DNA from: Eledone cirrhosa
Lineage: Eukaryota
Direction of reading: 5' to 3'
DNA: 64,000 nt
NCBI GenBank assembly: GCA_964016885.1
Contig: OZ024740.1
Location: forward strand, 39,618,001 to 39,682,000
The position numbers were made by a program, and so were the translations under genes. Shown piece by piece: positions 1 to 13,122 of the stretch. Position 1 is the first letter of the stretch. Every line of letters starts with the position of its first letter. A model generated the notes under the pieces. The model worked only from the letters and a program-made list of their open reading frames with translations. It had not been told where the DNA came from and made no database searches.

Positions 1-3000
1 AGAGGTGTAATTAGTGTGGTATATTAAAGAGGTGCAATTAGTGTGATATATTAAAGAGATGTAATTAGTGTGGTATATTAAAGAGGTGCAATTAGTGTGG
101 TATATTAAAGAGGTGTAATTAGTGTGGTACATTTAAGAGGTGTAATTAGGGTGGTACATTAAAGAGGTGTAATTAGGGTGGTACGTTAAATAGGCGTAAT
201 TAGTGTGGTATATTAAAGAGGTGCAATTAGTGTGGTATATTAAAGAGGTGCAATTAGTGTGATATATTAAAGAGGTGTAATTAGTGTGGTATATTAAAGA
301 GGTGCAATTAGTGTGGTATATTAAAGAGGTGCAATTAGTGTGGTATATTGAACATGTGTAATTAGTGTGGTACATTAAAGAGGTGTAATTAGTGTGGTAC
401 ATTAAAGTGGTGCAATTAGTGTGGTATATTAAAGAGGTGTAATTAGTGTGGTATATTAAAGAGGTACAATTAGTGTGGTATATTAAAGAGGTGCAATTAG
501 TGTGGTATATTAAAGAGGTGCAATTAGTGTGATATATTAAAGAGGTGTAATTAGTGTGGTATATTAAAGAGGTGCAATTAGTGTGGTATATTAAAGAGGT
601 GCAATTAGTGTGGTATATTGAACATGTGTAATTAGTGTGGTACATTAAAGAGGTGTAATTAGTGTGGTACATTAAAGTGGTACAATTAGTGTGGTATATT
701 AAAGAGGTGTAATTAGTGTGGTATATTAAAGAGGTACAATTAGTGTGGTATATTAAAGAGGTGTAATTAGTGTGGTACATTAAAGAGGTGTAATTAGTGT
801 GGTACATTAAAGACTTGTAATTAGTGAGGTATATTAAAGAGGTGTAATTAGTGTGGTATATTAAAGAGGTGTCGTTATTGTGGTATATTAAAGAGGTGTA
901 GTTAGTGTGGTTAATTAGAGATGTGTAGTTAGTCAGGTTTATTAGAGAAGTGTAATTAGTGTCGTATAATAAAGAGGTGTAATTAGTGTGGTATATTAAA
1001 GAGGTGTAATTAGTGTGGTATATTAAAGAGGTGCAATTAGTGTGGTATATTAAAGGGGTGCAATTAATGTGGTATATTAAAGAGGTGTAGTTAGTGTGGT
1101 ACATTAAAGAGGTGTAATTCTTGTGGTATATTAAGGAGGTGTAATTAGTGTGGTATATTAAAGAGGTGCAATTAGTGTGGTATATTAAATAGATGCAATT
1201 AGTGTGGTATATTGAAGAGGTGTAATTAGTGTGGTATATTAAAGAGGTGTAATTAGTGTGGTATATTAAAGAAGTGTAATTAGTGTGGTATATTAAAGAG
1301 GTGCAATTAGTGTGGTATATTGAAGAGGTGTAATTAGTGTGGTACATTAAAGAGACGTAATTAGTTAGGTATATTAAAGAGGTGTAATTAGTGTGGTATA
1401 TTAAAGAGGTGCAATTAGTGTGGTATATTAAAGAGGTGTAATTAGTGTGGTACATTAAAGTGGTGCAATTAGTGTGGTATATTAAAGAGGTGTAATTAGT
1501 GTGGTATATTAAAGAGGTACAATTAGTGTGGTATATTAAAGAGGTGTAATTAGTGTGGTACATTAAAGAGGTGCAATTAGTGTGGTATATTAAAGAGGTG
1601 TAGTTAGTGTGGTATATTAAAGAGGTGCAATTAGTGTGGTATATTAAAGAGGTGTAGTTAGTGTGGTACATTAAAGAATTGTAATTACTGTGGTATATTA
1701 AAAGGTGCAATTAGTGTGGTATATTAAAGAGGTGCAATTAGTGTGGTATATTGAAGAGGTGTAATTTGTGTGGTACATTAAAGATGTGTAATGAGTGTGG
1801 TTTATTAAAGAGGTGTAATTAGTGTGGTATAGTAAAAAGGTGTAGTTAGTGTGGTATATTAAAGAGGTGTAGTTAGTATGGTATATTAAAGAGGTGTAAT
1901 TAGTGTGGTACATTAAAGAGGTGTAATTAGGGTGGTACATTAAAGAAGTGTAGTTAGCATGGTATATTAAAGAGGTCCAATTAGTGTGGTATATTAAAGA
2001 GGTGCAATTAGTGTGGTATATTAAAGAGGTGTAGTTAGTGTGGTACATTAAAGAGGTGTAATTAGTGTGGTATATTAAAGAGGTGCAATTTGTGTGGTAT
2101 ATTAAAGAGGTGCAATTAGTGTGGTATATTAAAAAGTTGTAATTAGTCTGGTACATTAAAGAGGTGTAATTAATGTGATACATTAAAGAGGTGTAATTAG
2201 TGTGGTATATTAAAGAGGTGTAATTAGTGTGGTATATTAAAGAGGTGTAATTAGTATGGTATATTAAAGAGGTGTAATTAGTGTGGTACATTAAAGAGGT
2301 CCAATTAGTGTGCTACATTAAAGAGGTTTAATTAGGGTGGTTCATTAAAAAGTGTAGTTAGTGTGGTATATTAAAGAGGTGTAGTTAGTGTGGTATATTA
2401 AAGAGGTGTAATTAGTGTGGTATATTAAAGAGGTGTAATTAGTGTGGTATATTAAAGAGGTATAATTAGTGTGGTATATTAAAGAGGTGCAATTAGTGTG
2501 ATATATTAAAGAGGTGTAATTAGTGTGGTATATTAAAGAGGTGTAATTAGTGTGGTATATTAAAAAGGTGTAATTAGTGTGGTACATTAAAGAGGTGTAA
2601 TTAGTGTGATACATTAAAGAGGTGTAATTAGTGTGGTATATTAAAGAGGTGTAATTAGTGTGGTATATTAAAGAGGTGTAATTAGTGTGGTATATTAAAG
2701 AGGTGTAATTAGTGTTGTATATTAAAGAGGTGCAATTAGTGTGGTATATTAAAGAGGTGCAATTAGTGTGGTATATTAAAGAGGTGTAATTATTATGGTA
2801 TATTAAAGAGGTGTAATTAGTGTGGTACATTAAATAGGTCCAATTAGTGTGCTACATTAAAGAGGTGTAATTAGGGTGGTTCATTAAAAAGTGTAGTTAG
2901 TGTGGTATATTAAAGAGGTGTAGTTAGTGTAGTATATTAAAGAGGTGTAATTATTGTGGTATATTAAAGAGGTGCAATTAGTGTGGTATATTAAAGAGGT

Positions 3001-5223
3001 GTAATTAGTGTGGTACATTTATCAGGTGTAATTAGGGTGGTACATTAAAGAGGTGTAATTAGGGTGGTACGTTAAATAGGCGTAATTAGTGTGGTATATT
3101 AAAGAGGTGCAATTAGTGTGGTATATTAAATAGGTGTAATTAGTGTGGTATATTAAAGAGGTGCAATTAGTGTGGTATATTAAAGAGGTACAATTAGTGT
3201 GGTATATTAAAAGCGGTGTAATTAGTGTGGTATATTAAAGAGGTGTAATTATTGTGGTACATTAAAGAGTTGTAATTAGTGAGGTATATTAAAGAGGTGT
3301 TATTAGTGTGGTATATTAAAGAGGTGTCGTTAGTGTGGTATATTAAAGAGGTGTAGTTAGTGTGGTAAATTAGAGATGTGTAGTTAGTCAGGTTTATTAG
3401 AGAAGTGTAATTAGTGTGGTATAATAAAGAGGTGTAATTAGTGTGGTATATTAAAGATGTGCAATTAGTGTGGTATATTAAAGAGGTGCAATTAGTGTGG
3501 TATATTAAAGAGGTGTAGTTAGTGTGGTACATTAAAGAGGTGTAATTCGTGTAGTATATTATGGAGGTGTAATTAGTGTGGTATATTAAAGAGGTGCAAT
3601 TAGTGTGGTATATTAAATAGGTGCAATTAGTGTGGTATATTGAAGAGGTGTAATTAGTGTGGTACATTAAAGAAATGTAATTAGCGTGGTATATTAAAGA
3701 GGTGTAGTTAGTGTGGTACATTAAAGTGGTGCAATTAGTGTGGTATATTAAAGAGGTGTAATTAGTGTGGTATATTAAAGAGGTATAATTAGTGTGGTAT
3801 ATTAAAGAGGTGTAATTAGTGTGGTACATTAAAGAGGTGCAATTAGTGTGGTATATTAAAGAGGTGCAATTAGTGTGGTATATTAAAGAGGTGTAATTAG
3901 TGTGGTACATTAAAGAGGTGCAATTAGTGTGGTATATTAAAGAGGTGTAATTAATGTGGTATATTAAAGAGGTGTATTTAGTGTGGTATATTAAAGAGGT
4001 GTAGTTAGTGTGGTATATTAAAGAGGTGCAATTAGTGTGGTATATTAAAGAGGTGTAATTAGTGTGGTACTTTAAAGAGGTGCAATTAGTGTGGTATATT
4101 AAAGAGGTGTAATTAGTGTGCTACATTAAACAGGTGCTATTAATGTGGTATATTAAAGAGGTGTAATTAGTGTGGTACATTAAAGAGGTGTAATTAGTGT
4201 GGTATATTAAAGATGTGCTATTAGTGTGGTATATTGAAGAGGTGTAATTAGTGTGGTATATTAAAGAGGTGTAATTAGTGTGGTATATTAAAGAATTGTA
4301 ATTACTGTGGTATATTAAAGAGGTGCAATTAGTGTGGTATATTAAAGAGGTGTAATTAGTGTGGTATATTAAAGAGGTGCAATTAGTGTGGTATATTAAA
4401 GAGGTGTAATTAGTGTGGTATATTAAAGAGGTGTAGTTAGTGTGGTATATTAAAGTGTAATTAGTGTGGTACATTAAAGAGGTGTAATTAGTGTGGTACA
4501 TTAAAGAGTCGTAATTAGTGTGGTATATTAAAGAGGTGTAATTAGTGTGGTATATTAAAGACGTGCAATTAGTGTGGTACATTAAAGAGGTGTAATCAGT
4601 GTGGTATATTAAAGAGGTGCAATTAGTGTGGTATATTAAAGAGGTGTAATTAGTGTGGTATATTAAAGCGGTGTAGTTAGTGTGGTATATTAAAGTGTAA
4701 TTAGTGTGGTACATTAAAGAGGTGTAATTAGTGTGGTACATTAAAGAGTCGTAATTAGTGTGGTATATTAAAGAGGTGTAATTAGTGTGGTATATTAAAG
4801 ACGTGCAATTAGTGTGGTACATTAAAGAGTCGTAATTAGTGTGGTATATTAAAGAGGTGTAATTAGTGTGGTATATTAAAGACGTGCAATTAGTGTGGTA
4901 CATTAAAGAGGTGTAATCAGTGTGGTATATTAAAGAGGTGCTATTAGTTTGGTATATTAAAAGGTGTAATTAGTGTGGTACATTAAAGAGTTGTAATTAG
5001 TGTGGTATATTAAAGAGGTGTAATTAGTGTGGTATATTAAAGAGGTGTAATTAGTGTGGTATATTAAAGAGGTGTAGTTAGTGTGGTTAGTTAGAGATGT
5101 GTAGTTAGTCAGGTTTATTAGAGAAGTGTTATTAGTGTGGTACATTAAAGAGGTATAATTAGTGTGGTATATTAAAGAGGTGTAGTTAGTGTGATTAATT
5201 AGAGAGGTGTAATTAGTGTGGTT
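1..5223. repeat. 27-bp satellite (AAGAGGTGTAATTAGTGTGGTATATTA)n, open at the window start
   Basis: Continuous 27-bp periodicity. The YHTNYTSLI ORFs are its 9-codon translation. Confidence 0.98.
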
Positions 5224-5598
5224 TATCTGATGGTGCAGGTATTGTTAAATATTATAGTAACTAACGATGTAATAGGAACTATAAACAACACGTCATTCAA
5301 TATAACGAAATGGTCAACGAAATATATATAACATGACATAAAAGGAAAAAGAAAAAGAAAAGGAAAAGGAAAAAAAGAAAACTGGATCAAGCCAGTGACG
5401 TAGCTAGAGTGTGTGCCGCCCGGGCAGCCCTTCAATTGCCACCCCTGGGCCTCCATAAAAAGTACATATTCGCCCACTTATTTCTGAAAAAATATATAAA
5501 GATATATATTTTGTACAAACAAAATTATTTTTATTGTGTACTGTAAAGATGTATGTATATATGAAAAATACTAGGTGCATCTTCAACCCGTTATTATT

Positions 5599-5767
5599 GT
5601 CGAACGCCATGCTTTGACGCATAGAGTTATGGCCCTTGCCATTCTGAGTTCAAATCCCGTCGAGGTTAACTTTGCCTTTCATCCTAACGGGGATCGATAA
5701 AATAAAGTACCAGTAATACACTGGGATAATTGCTGACCTTGTGCCTATTGTAGAAACAATTATTATT
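5599..5767 (+). mobile_element. tRNA-derived SINE, 5'-truncated (family A)
   Basis: B-box GAGTTCAAATCCC, core GCCTTTCATCCT..GGGG.TCGATAAAATAAAGTACC, (ATT)n tail; 8 copies in the window. Confidence 0.85.
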
Positions 5768-5779
5768 TTTCCACCTAAA

Positions 5780-5939
5780 GCGGTGGATTTACAGTATCGG
5801 TAGAAGGTCGGACGCCATGCTTTGCAGCATAGAGTTACGGCCCTTGTCATTCTGAGTTCATTCTTACGGGGTCGATAAAATAAAGTACCAGTAATGTACT
5901 GAGTAATTGCTGGCCTTGTGCCAAAAGTAGAAACAATTA
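5780..5939 (+). mobile_element. SINE family A, internally deleted
   Basis: Head GCGGTGGATT..CAGTATCGGTAG and the same 3' part as the other copies. Confidence 0.85.
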
Positions 5940-6189
5940 CTTTCCTACATATTCACACACACACATGTACCTACATGCCTATATGTGCGCGTGCGTCTGT
6001 ATGTACCTACATGTATACACAGGGGTGGTGGAACTTGGGGTGTCAGGGGTGGCATGCACCCCCACCCCACCACCACCACCACCACCCCACACACACACAC
6101 GCGCGCGCACAATAATTATATTTTTCTCCCCAAACTACTAAAACACATATTTGTATATGCGCTATAGTTTATGTACATGTTATGTAGAG

Positions 6190-6712
6190 ACAGATGGGAG
6201 ACATAGATATAGAGAGGGGGAGAGTTTGGTGGTTATTGATATAGAGAGGAAGTTTTGGCGAGTGTGTTGTATATTAGATATAGAGAGGGGAAGAGATTGA
6301 TTTTATTGATATAGAGAGAGGAATTGGAAGAGAGTTCCGGACAGTAGATATAGAGAGGGGGAGAATTTGGTGTTTTTTTTATATGGAGAGGGGGATTGGA
6401 AGTGAGTTCCGTGTAGTAGATAACGAGAGGGGGAGAGTTTAGTGTTAATTTATATAGAGAGGGGTATTGAGAGATAGTGTTGTATGTTTGGTGTAGAGAT
6501 GGGGAGAGTTTGGTGGTAATGAATAGAGTGAGAGGATTGATAGAGATATGTATTGATAAATATAGAGAGGGGGAGAGTTTTGTAGTGATGGATAGAGTTA
6601 GAGGGCATGAGAGAGAGTATCGTATGGTAGATATAGAGAAGGGGATAGTTTGGTGATGATTGATATAGAGAGGGACTGAGAGTGAGTGTTGTATGGTAGA
6701 TATAGAGAGTGA
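6190..6712. repeat. Degenerate purine-rich minisatellite (GATATAGAGAGGGGGAGAG-like)
   Basis: Recurring motif with irregular spacing. Confidence 0.7.
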
Positions 6713-6765
6713 GTGTGCAAGTGAATTTTAGAGTGACAAAGCTCACCAATAGCCATAATAAATGA

Positions 6766-6814
<49 letters not shown>

Positions 6815-6815
<1 letters not shown>

Positions 6816-7256
6816 TAGACCTGAAAAATGCGCAAACTCAAAAGAGCCACAGAATGTTAATAAACCTTCAAAAGTGTGGGACTAGAGTTGTTGCTCAAAA
6901 ATATTGTAATTATTATCTATCGTAAACTCTGTGGCATCCTTTTATATAAAAGATACTCATAACGAACTCAAGATGACACGATAATTATTTAAGCTAATGT
7001 TCAATATCTCATATTAGATGTTTAGTAATGATTAATACGAAATGCACTTAAACCGAATTCTATATTATAAATTCACTTAAATAATTATCGTGTCGTCTTG
7101 AGTTCGTTATGAGTCTCTTTTTTATAAAAGGATGCCACATAGTGTACGATAGATAATGATTACAATACTTTTGAGCAACAACTCTAGTCCCACACTTTTG
7201 AAGGTTTATTATAACATTCTGTGGCTCTTTTGAGCTTGCGCATTTTTCAGGTCTAG
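6815..7256. repeat. Fold-back inverted repeat, arms about 180 bp, abutting (TA)n
   Basis: CTAGACCTGAAAAATGCGCA... and ...TGCGCATTTTTCAGGTCTAG are reverse complements along the arms. Confidence 0.92.
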
Positions 7257-8337
7257 CTTAATATTTTTTTAAGGCAACGCTTGTAATAACTCTAGTTAAA
7301 CATGATATATATTAATAATAAATTATCGTTGTAATGTAATTAGATTATATAATTGTTATTTTATAAATGATCTTAAAATATTATTGTAAGATGTATAAAA
7401 ATATTTTCAGACTTTTAATATAAACAACTACAAAAAACAATCAATATTAAATAAATATATTTTACATAATAATTGTTATAGTTGAATTAATAAAAATTAA
7501 ATATTACATACAAATAGTCTAACATAATAATAAAAAAAATAATCTAACATAATAATAATAAAATAATCTAACATAAAACGAACAATAATATGGACAAATA
7601 TACAAGTAAATATGATACAACCAATATTATAAGCATGCTATAACGAACTGAAAAAAAATAGTTAATATAAATTTTAAAAAATCATATATAAATTAACAAT
7701 ATAACTTACCAAAACGAGAAAAATATTTTGATGATAAACGACGAAATACAGGAGGAAGATTTGAAAGCGAAACGATAAATAAACGTGCAAACAAAGTGGC
7801 GGATGCTTTTGAGCAACAATTACTCTCATTGGTTGATTAGCCTATAAGACGATGAAATTAGCCAATAAGACGATACATTACAAAAGATGTTTGGCAGGGA
7901 TCACCACGGGCAGCGAAACCCCTTGAATTTTTTATTCACAAGCTACGCATATTTGTCAGACATGCAGACTTAAAACATTCTGCTGTTAGTCACTGCGTGT
8001 CTAACAGATAGGAGATGAATAAATTGGGTATGATACCAGTTTCTTACCAAATGCGAAGAAGCTCGATATATTAACCACTTAGGAAAGGGCACAGAACATA
8101 ATTTTTTTAATTATATATATACTCCCTCCAATAATTATATTTTCTCCCCAAACTACCAAAACACAGATCTATTTGGATATGCGCTACAATTTATGTACAA
8201 GTTATGTTTATCGCATATCGAAGTTTTCTGACCATTTTAGAGTGCAAAGAACTAAACTAATCACTACAACTAAATTGTCCAGATTTCCCCTGCCCCCAAT
8301 TCAGAAATGCTTCCACCGCCTCTGATATATATATATA

Positions 8338-9430
8338 GGAAACTGTTCAAGACCCCGACGGCAGAGCTCAAACCGTTTCGACGGCTATTTCTGGACTAAA
8401 TTAGAATTTTTAGCGTGGTAATAAATAGCCGAACCTTTCAAGGTATAATTCCTTATATGGGAAGATTGTAGTTGTTACAAGGATTGGTCAAAATTTCTTG
8501 TAAACACAATTAATTCTTTCATGGCGGTTGTGGGAGGTGGGGTGGCTGAACTTGCCTGTAGAACAATGAGGGAGTGGATGGAGCCGGTCAAGCGTTGAAA
8601 GTGAATTCTATACAGTAAATTCTAAGGAGTGTGTATGAAATTAGGCTAGCTAGGAAGCAGGCGAAGAAAGAATTCTGGAGGAATCTGAGAGTGGGAAGTT
8701 ATAAATTTAAAAGGTTAATAAATTGAGATTAAAAAATTAAAAAATAATAAATAACAATAATAATTGTTTCTACTTTAGGCACAAGGCCAGCAATTACCCA
8801 GTGCATTACTGGTACTTTATTTTATCGACCCCGTAAGGATGAAAGGCAAAGTCAACCTCAGCAGGATTTGAACTCAGATCGTAAAGGGACGTAACTATGC
8901 TGGAAAGCATGGCGTCCGACCCTCTACCGATACTGCCAATCCACCGCCATTATATAACAATAATAATAATATTAAAAAAGTTAAATAATGAAAAATAATT
9001 TTAAAAAAACTAGGGTCTAAAGCAGCTGCTATATTTTTAGCTGGTATTGCGTTGTCGGCCAATGCTATATAGAATTTACTGGGATGGGGGTACTGAGGCT
9101 ACAAAAGCCCGAGTAGGCAAATGAGGAAAAAGGAAAAGGAAGAGGAGAGGGAGTGGAAGGAAATGAGAAGAAGAGATAAAGGAAAAAAAGAAAAGAAGTA
9201 CACCTACCTATGTATGCTGAGTTTCCCCTATCTTGTTCGGCAAGTAGGGAAAAGAAGGATGTTGCAGCCATTGTCTACCCAACCGGGTCATTAGGGGTTT
9301 TGAGGGCGAGGTAAGTCCTACGCAATCGGTGTTTACATGCAGTTACAAGTTCGTCTTTTTTGTTTAGGAGTTGGTCCTTCGTAAACAGCATTTGTATTGT
9401 TTCCTCCGAGCATAAGTTATACGGACGGCG
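8338..9430 (-). mobile_element. Penelope-like retroelement 3' fragment
   Basis: ORF 9275-9460 YNLCSEETIQML...LLNKKDELVTACKH aligns with the GIY-YIG C-terminus CDFCAAEALEIL...ILNKKSEAISACKH at 24171-24428. Ends in a decayed hammerhead (8352-8444) next to (TA)n. Confidence 0.75.
8759..8948 (-). mobile_element. SINE family A, full length, inserted in the Penelope fragment
   Basis: Complete head-core-tail in reverse orientation. Confidence 0.88.
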
Positions 9431-9583
9431 TGGCGGAAAGTGACAGCTGATGGTCAGCAAAATAACACCTGTTGGTCAGAATTACGATGACGTAGAAAAA
9501 CAGCAGCCAATAACAGGGCGCGCGAAGTAGATGTTTTTGACGCTAACACCCCAGTGAGAGAATTTGCTCCGAAATCATTAGAC

Positions 9584-9671
9584 GTGTCCGTCGAACCTGC
9601 GGATCCAGAATCAGACAGATCCACACAATGATCGAGTCTCGGGCTGTCCGCTGGCGAAACAATTGTAACAC
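9584..9671 (+). ncRNA. Decayed type I hammerhead motif
   Basis: GTGT-CCGTCGA (mutated CTGACGA)-ACCTGCGGA...TCCGCTGGC-GAAA-CAATTG-TA-ACAC. Confidence 0.5.
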
Positions 9672-9711
9672 ACAATAAATTGAGTTCAGATGCATCACTG
9701 ATTTTTCGTTT

Positions 9712-9757
<46 letters not shown>

Positions 9758-9988
9758 GTTGGATTTATGTTTTCAAAAAAACTAATTAACCCGCGTGTAT
9801 ATTATTTTTTTTTTCCTCATTTAGTGGGTTGTCTCCCCTTCCCGCTTCGTGTCGCTATGATACTTCCTCAGTCAAAAACTGCTGGAATTTCAAATTTAGC
9901 GGTCATTCGAGGTGAGAGGGACCAACTTTACGGACATGATTTTTGACAGCGGTAAGAAATTGTTTTCTTATATCAATGTTTAATGGGC

Positions 9989-10114
9989 TTCCACTGACGA
10001 TTTATAAGTGCCCACCTAAATATATTCTTATATGAATATATATTAGGCTTCTACATAAACTGGAAACATTCTCCCAAACTTGTAGAAAACTTATAATGAA
10101 ACAATTGTTTGGAA
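9989..10114 (+). ncRNA. Type I hammerhead ribozyme with long loop II
   Basis: TTCCA-CTGACGA-T-TTATAAG...CTTATAA-T-GAAA-CAATTG-TT-TGGAA; predicted cut after 10109. Confidence 0.72.
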
Positions 10115-10296
10115 AGAGAGATATACTTTAACTTTAATTATATCTCATAAAATAATACAACTGGTTTTTCCACATTATACATATTGTTAGCACCCCAAAC
10201 ACTTAAATTGGGTTTATATTTTAATATAACCTAATGTTTGTTGAGTGAGATGGTTACCAGTCAGAGTTTAGCTTTAAACTATCTCTGTTATTGTAT

Positions 10297-10337
<41 letters not shown>

Positions 10338-10359
<22 letters not shown>

Positions 10360-10540
10360 CGAAGGAAATGTGGTAAGGAACCAGGTGGACCATAACGCAC
10401 CAAAGTACTCGATACTTGAGGTAGTAGAGTGGGTAATGGGAACCAGTAAGACCCCGACAGCTGAGTTCAAGCCGTTTCGACGGCTAATTAGCCGTCGAAA
10501 CGGCTTGAGCTCAGCTGTCGGGGTCTTACTGGTTCCCATT
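10338..10540. mobile_element. Penelope-type terminal fragment with snap-back palindrome (10436-10540)
   Basis: Same family as 8338, 17303, 17666 and 27171; contains only the 3' half of the ribozyme, mirrored. Confidence 0.7.
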
Positions 10541-10552
10541 ATATATTACGAT

Positions 10553-10776
<224 letters not shown>

Positions 10777-10831
10777 GGAATAAGAAAATGTGAAGTAGTT
10801 TTTTCAGATGTTAAGGTCCTTTATTGATAAG

Positions 10832-10906
10832 GCTGTGATACATATTTCAATGACGGCAGCGGTCGCGCGATTCCGCCTAACCAGTGCCATGATCTCATCA
10901 GGCAAC
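10832..10906 (-). ncRNA. Type I hammerhead motif inside a short inverted repeat (10779-10975)
   Basis: Minus strand GTTGC-CTGATGA-GATCATGGCA...TGCCGTCATT-GAAA-TATGTA-TC-ACAGC; one stem I mismatch next to the core. Confidence 0.65.
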
Positions 10907-11167
10907 TTCTTACATGTAAAGAACCCTAACAATATAGAATCTTAACATCTGAAACTACTTCGCATTTTCTTATTCTAAATATACTCCGTCATTCCTATGC
11001 GGAAAAAGTACGTAGAGTGGTTGAATTTACCGTAATAATATATATATATGCATACATACATATATATATTTCCTTTTTTAATATATATATATATGTATAA
11101 ATGAAGTAATTCCGTCGGAAAGGTCCAGGAAAAAAGAGTGCTCTATATGAATTACAGAGCTTATTAG

Positions 11168-11351
11168 TTATGTAATAAACAACATAAGATAATTATTTCA
11201 TTTACCAGTGGTTTCTTGAAAGCAACCAAAATTGCTTTCATACATCAGAATGAAAAAATCCTGTTTTTCATTCTGATGAATGAAAGCAATTTTGGTTGCT
11301 TTCAAGAAACCACTGGTAAATGAAATAATTATCTTATGTTGTTTATTACAT

Positions 11352-11354
<3 letters not shown>
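11168..11354. repeat. Fold-back inverted repeat, arms about 90 bp
   Basis: Arms are reverse complements around TCCTG; followed by (TA)n. Confidence 0.92.
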
Positions 11355-11408
<54 letters not shown>

Positions 11409-11528
11409 GATACGGATGACTTCACTTGAAGTTCTAAACAATTTGATTTTATTTTTTATTATGAATTCTTATGGTAACTATTGATGCAATTCAATTCAAG
11501 CACTCTACGTACTTTTATATGTATCTAT

Positions 11529-11762
11529 CGAGACTGAGGTTAGCTGGACATGCTCACCGACATCCAGAGTTGACATTGCACTGAGTGCTCCTTTGGGAGC
11601 CCCTACATGGACACACTAGAAGAGGAAGACCAAGGTTAACGTATGTTGATGCCCTAAGGACAGACACTGGTCTGTTGGAGACGCAGGACATGGCAGCGAT
11701 AATGAGGGACAGAGACCGCTGGAGAGAACTCGTCCATGGATCTCGGGAATTTTACGCGCCTT

Positions 11763-11765
<3 letters not shown>
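11529..11765 (+). mobile_element. RTE-type LINE C-terminal fragment
   Basis: Translates RLRLAGHAHRHPE...GHTRRGRPRLTYVDALRTDTG...DRDRWRELV with an internal stop; compare the RTE C-terminus at about 52.4-52.6 kb. Confidence 0.7.
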
Positions 11766-11840
<75 letters not shown>

Positions 11841-11842
<2 letters not shown>

Positions 11843-12464
11843 TACCCGAATTACCCGCGCCTTGCTGCGTTTCACACATTTTTTTTTTTTTTTTGTAAGA
11901 AGATGATGATTGATTTCACATCAATGATATAATTTATGGAGAATATCTCTGCATTTCAATATTACTCAATGGAAAATGTAATGTATGAAAAATTGGAAAA
12001 CATTATTTTTTGTAATATATCAAATCAAAATTACATTATTAAATCTTATTCTTATTTTGTTTCTTTGTAAATAATTTTTTTTCAACATATCAGTTCAAAA
12101 CTTGATTATTTCATTTTTGTGTAAAGCATTATTTTATTTGGGCTTCCAAAATTTTCACTATAGGGAGTTTAACCCCTATTAGGGTGTCTTAATATTATTG
12201 AAATTTGCTGAAATTTTGTGAATAGGCATCATATCTTGTCATTTACCTATGGATTATATTTCTTAGAAATCGAAGGGAAAACATTTTCAGTGGGGGTTTG
12301 TGACCCCGGGGAACCCTTTGATTAAAATGAAATATACTTATCCAAGTACCCAAGGCAATGTAGTTTCAGAATATATAAGGTTATGGGGGGTCTATCTCCA
12401 AAACCATAGGAGGAGTTCGTGAAAAAACAAACAGAGAGTAACTACAACTTTATATATATAGAGA
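11841..12464 (-). mobile_element. Putative non-autonomous Helitron
   Basis: ACTAC plus GC-rich subterminal segment at the left end and TTTATATATATAGA at the right end, the same layout as 27780-30586. Confidence 0.45.
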
Positions 12465-12746
12465 TACGTTGTTTTGTTATAATTTCAACTAACATATACG
12501 TACCTGTTTATTCAACCGACGTCTAAATACAGATTTTTATTTTTAAATTACAAGAAGCAAACAATATATAATATATTTTATTGAATGTAGTAGTAAATAA
12601 ATGCAGTTTATTGTTAGGGAAAGTAAAACAAAGTTGATTTACAGGTTAATCACAGTAGTATTTCTGTCTTTTTATCAACCTATCTATTTTTCTATCTTCT
12701 ATGTATCCGTACCTGCATGTCCATCTCTGGGACTATCTCCTTTACT

Positions 12747-12849
<103 letters not shown>

Positions 12850-13065
12850 TATGTATACGTACATACATATATGTATACAGACATAGTAGTATGTATATAT
12901 ATATACATACATACACACATATATATATGTACGTATGGATTTACCGAGCATTTATTATATATATTATATATATATATATATGTGTGTGCGTGTATATATA
13001 TATATACATACTACTCTACGTCTGTATACATGTATGTATGTACGTATACATACTTATATTTAAGT

Positions 13066-13122
13066 AACAGCCGTACTATTTCAATGATAGCCATTGAGTG
13101 GCTATGACCTCATCAGGCAGTT
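13066..13122 (-). ncRNA. Hammerhead motif with degenerate stems I and III
   Basis: AACTGC-CTGATGA-GGTCATAGCCA ctcaa TGGCTATCATT-GAAA-TAGTAC-GGCTGTT; same family as 25696 and 26413. Confidence 0.55.

Larger units (their letters stand above)
6020..8324. mobile_element. hAT-like MITE split by later insertions
   Basis: Termini CAGGGGTGGTGGAA / TTCCACCGCCTCTG (14-bp inverted repeat, 2 mismatches). An internal segment is duplicated at about 6110-6186 and 8129-8207. Confidence 0.5.

Noticed and set aside
133-5145. Long YHTNYTSLI-repeat ORFs (up to 525 aa)
   Set aside because: Translation of a 27-bp satellite whose unit is a multiple of 3 and lacks stops in one frame; interrupted by frameshifts, with no unique flanking domain.
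11530-11610. Possible structured RNA or ribozyme (hairpins CTGGA/TCCAG, GCTCC/GGAGC)
   Set aside because: Explained as RTE coding sequence (RLRLAGHAHRHPE).
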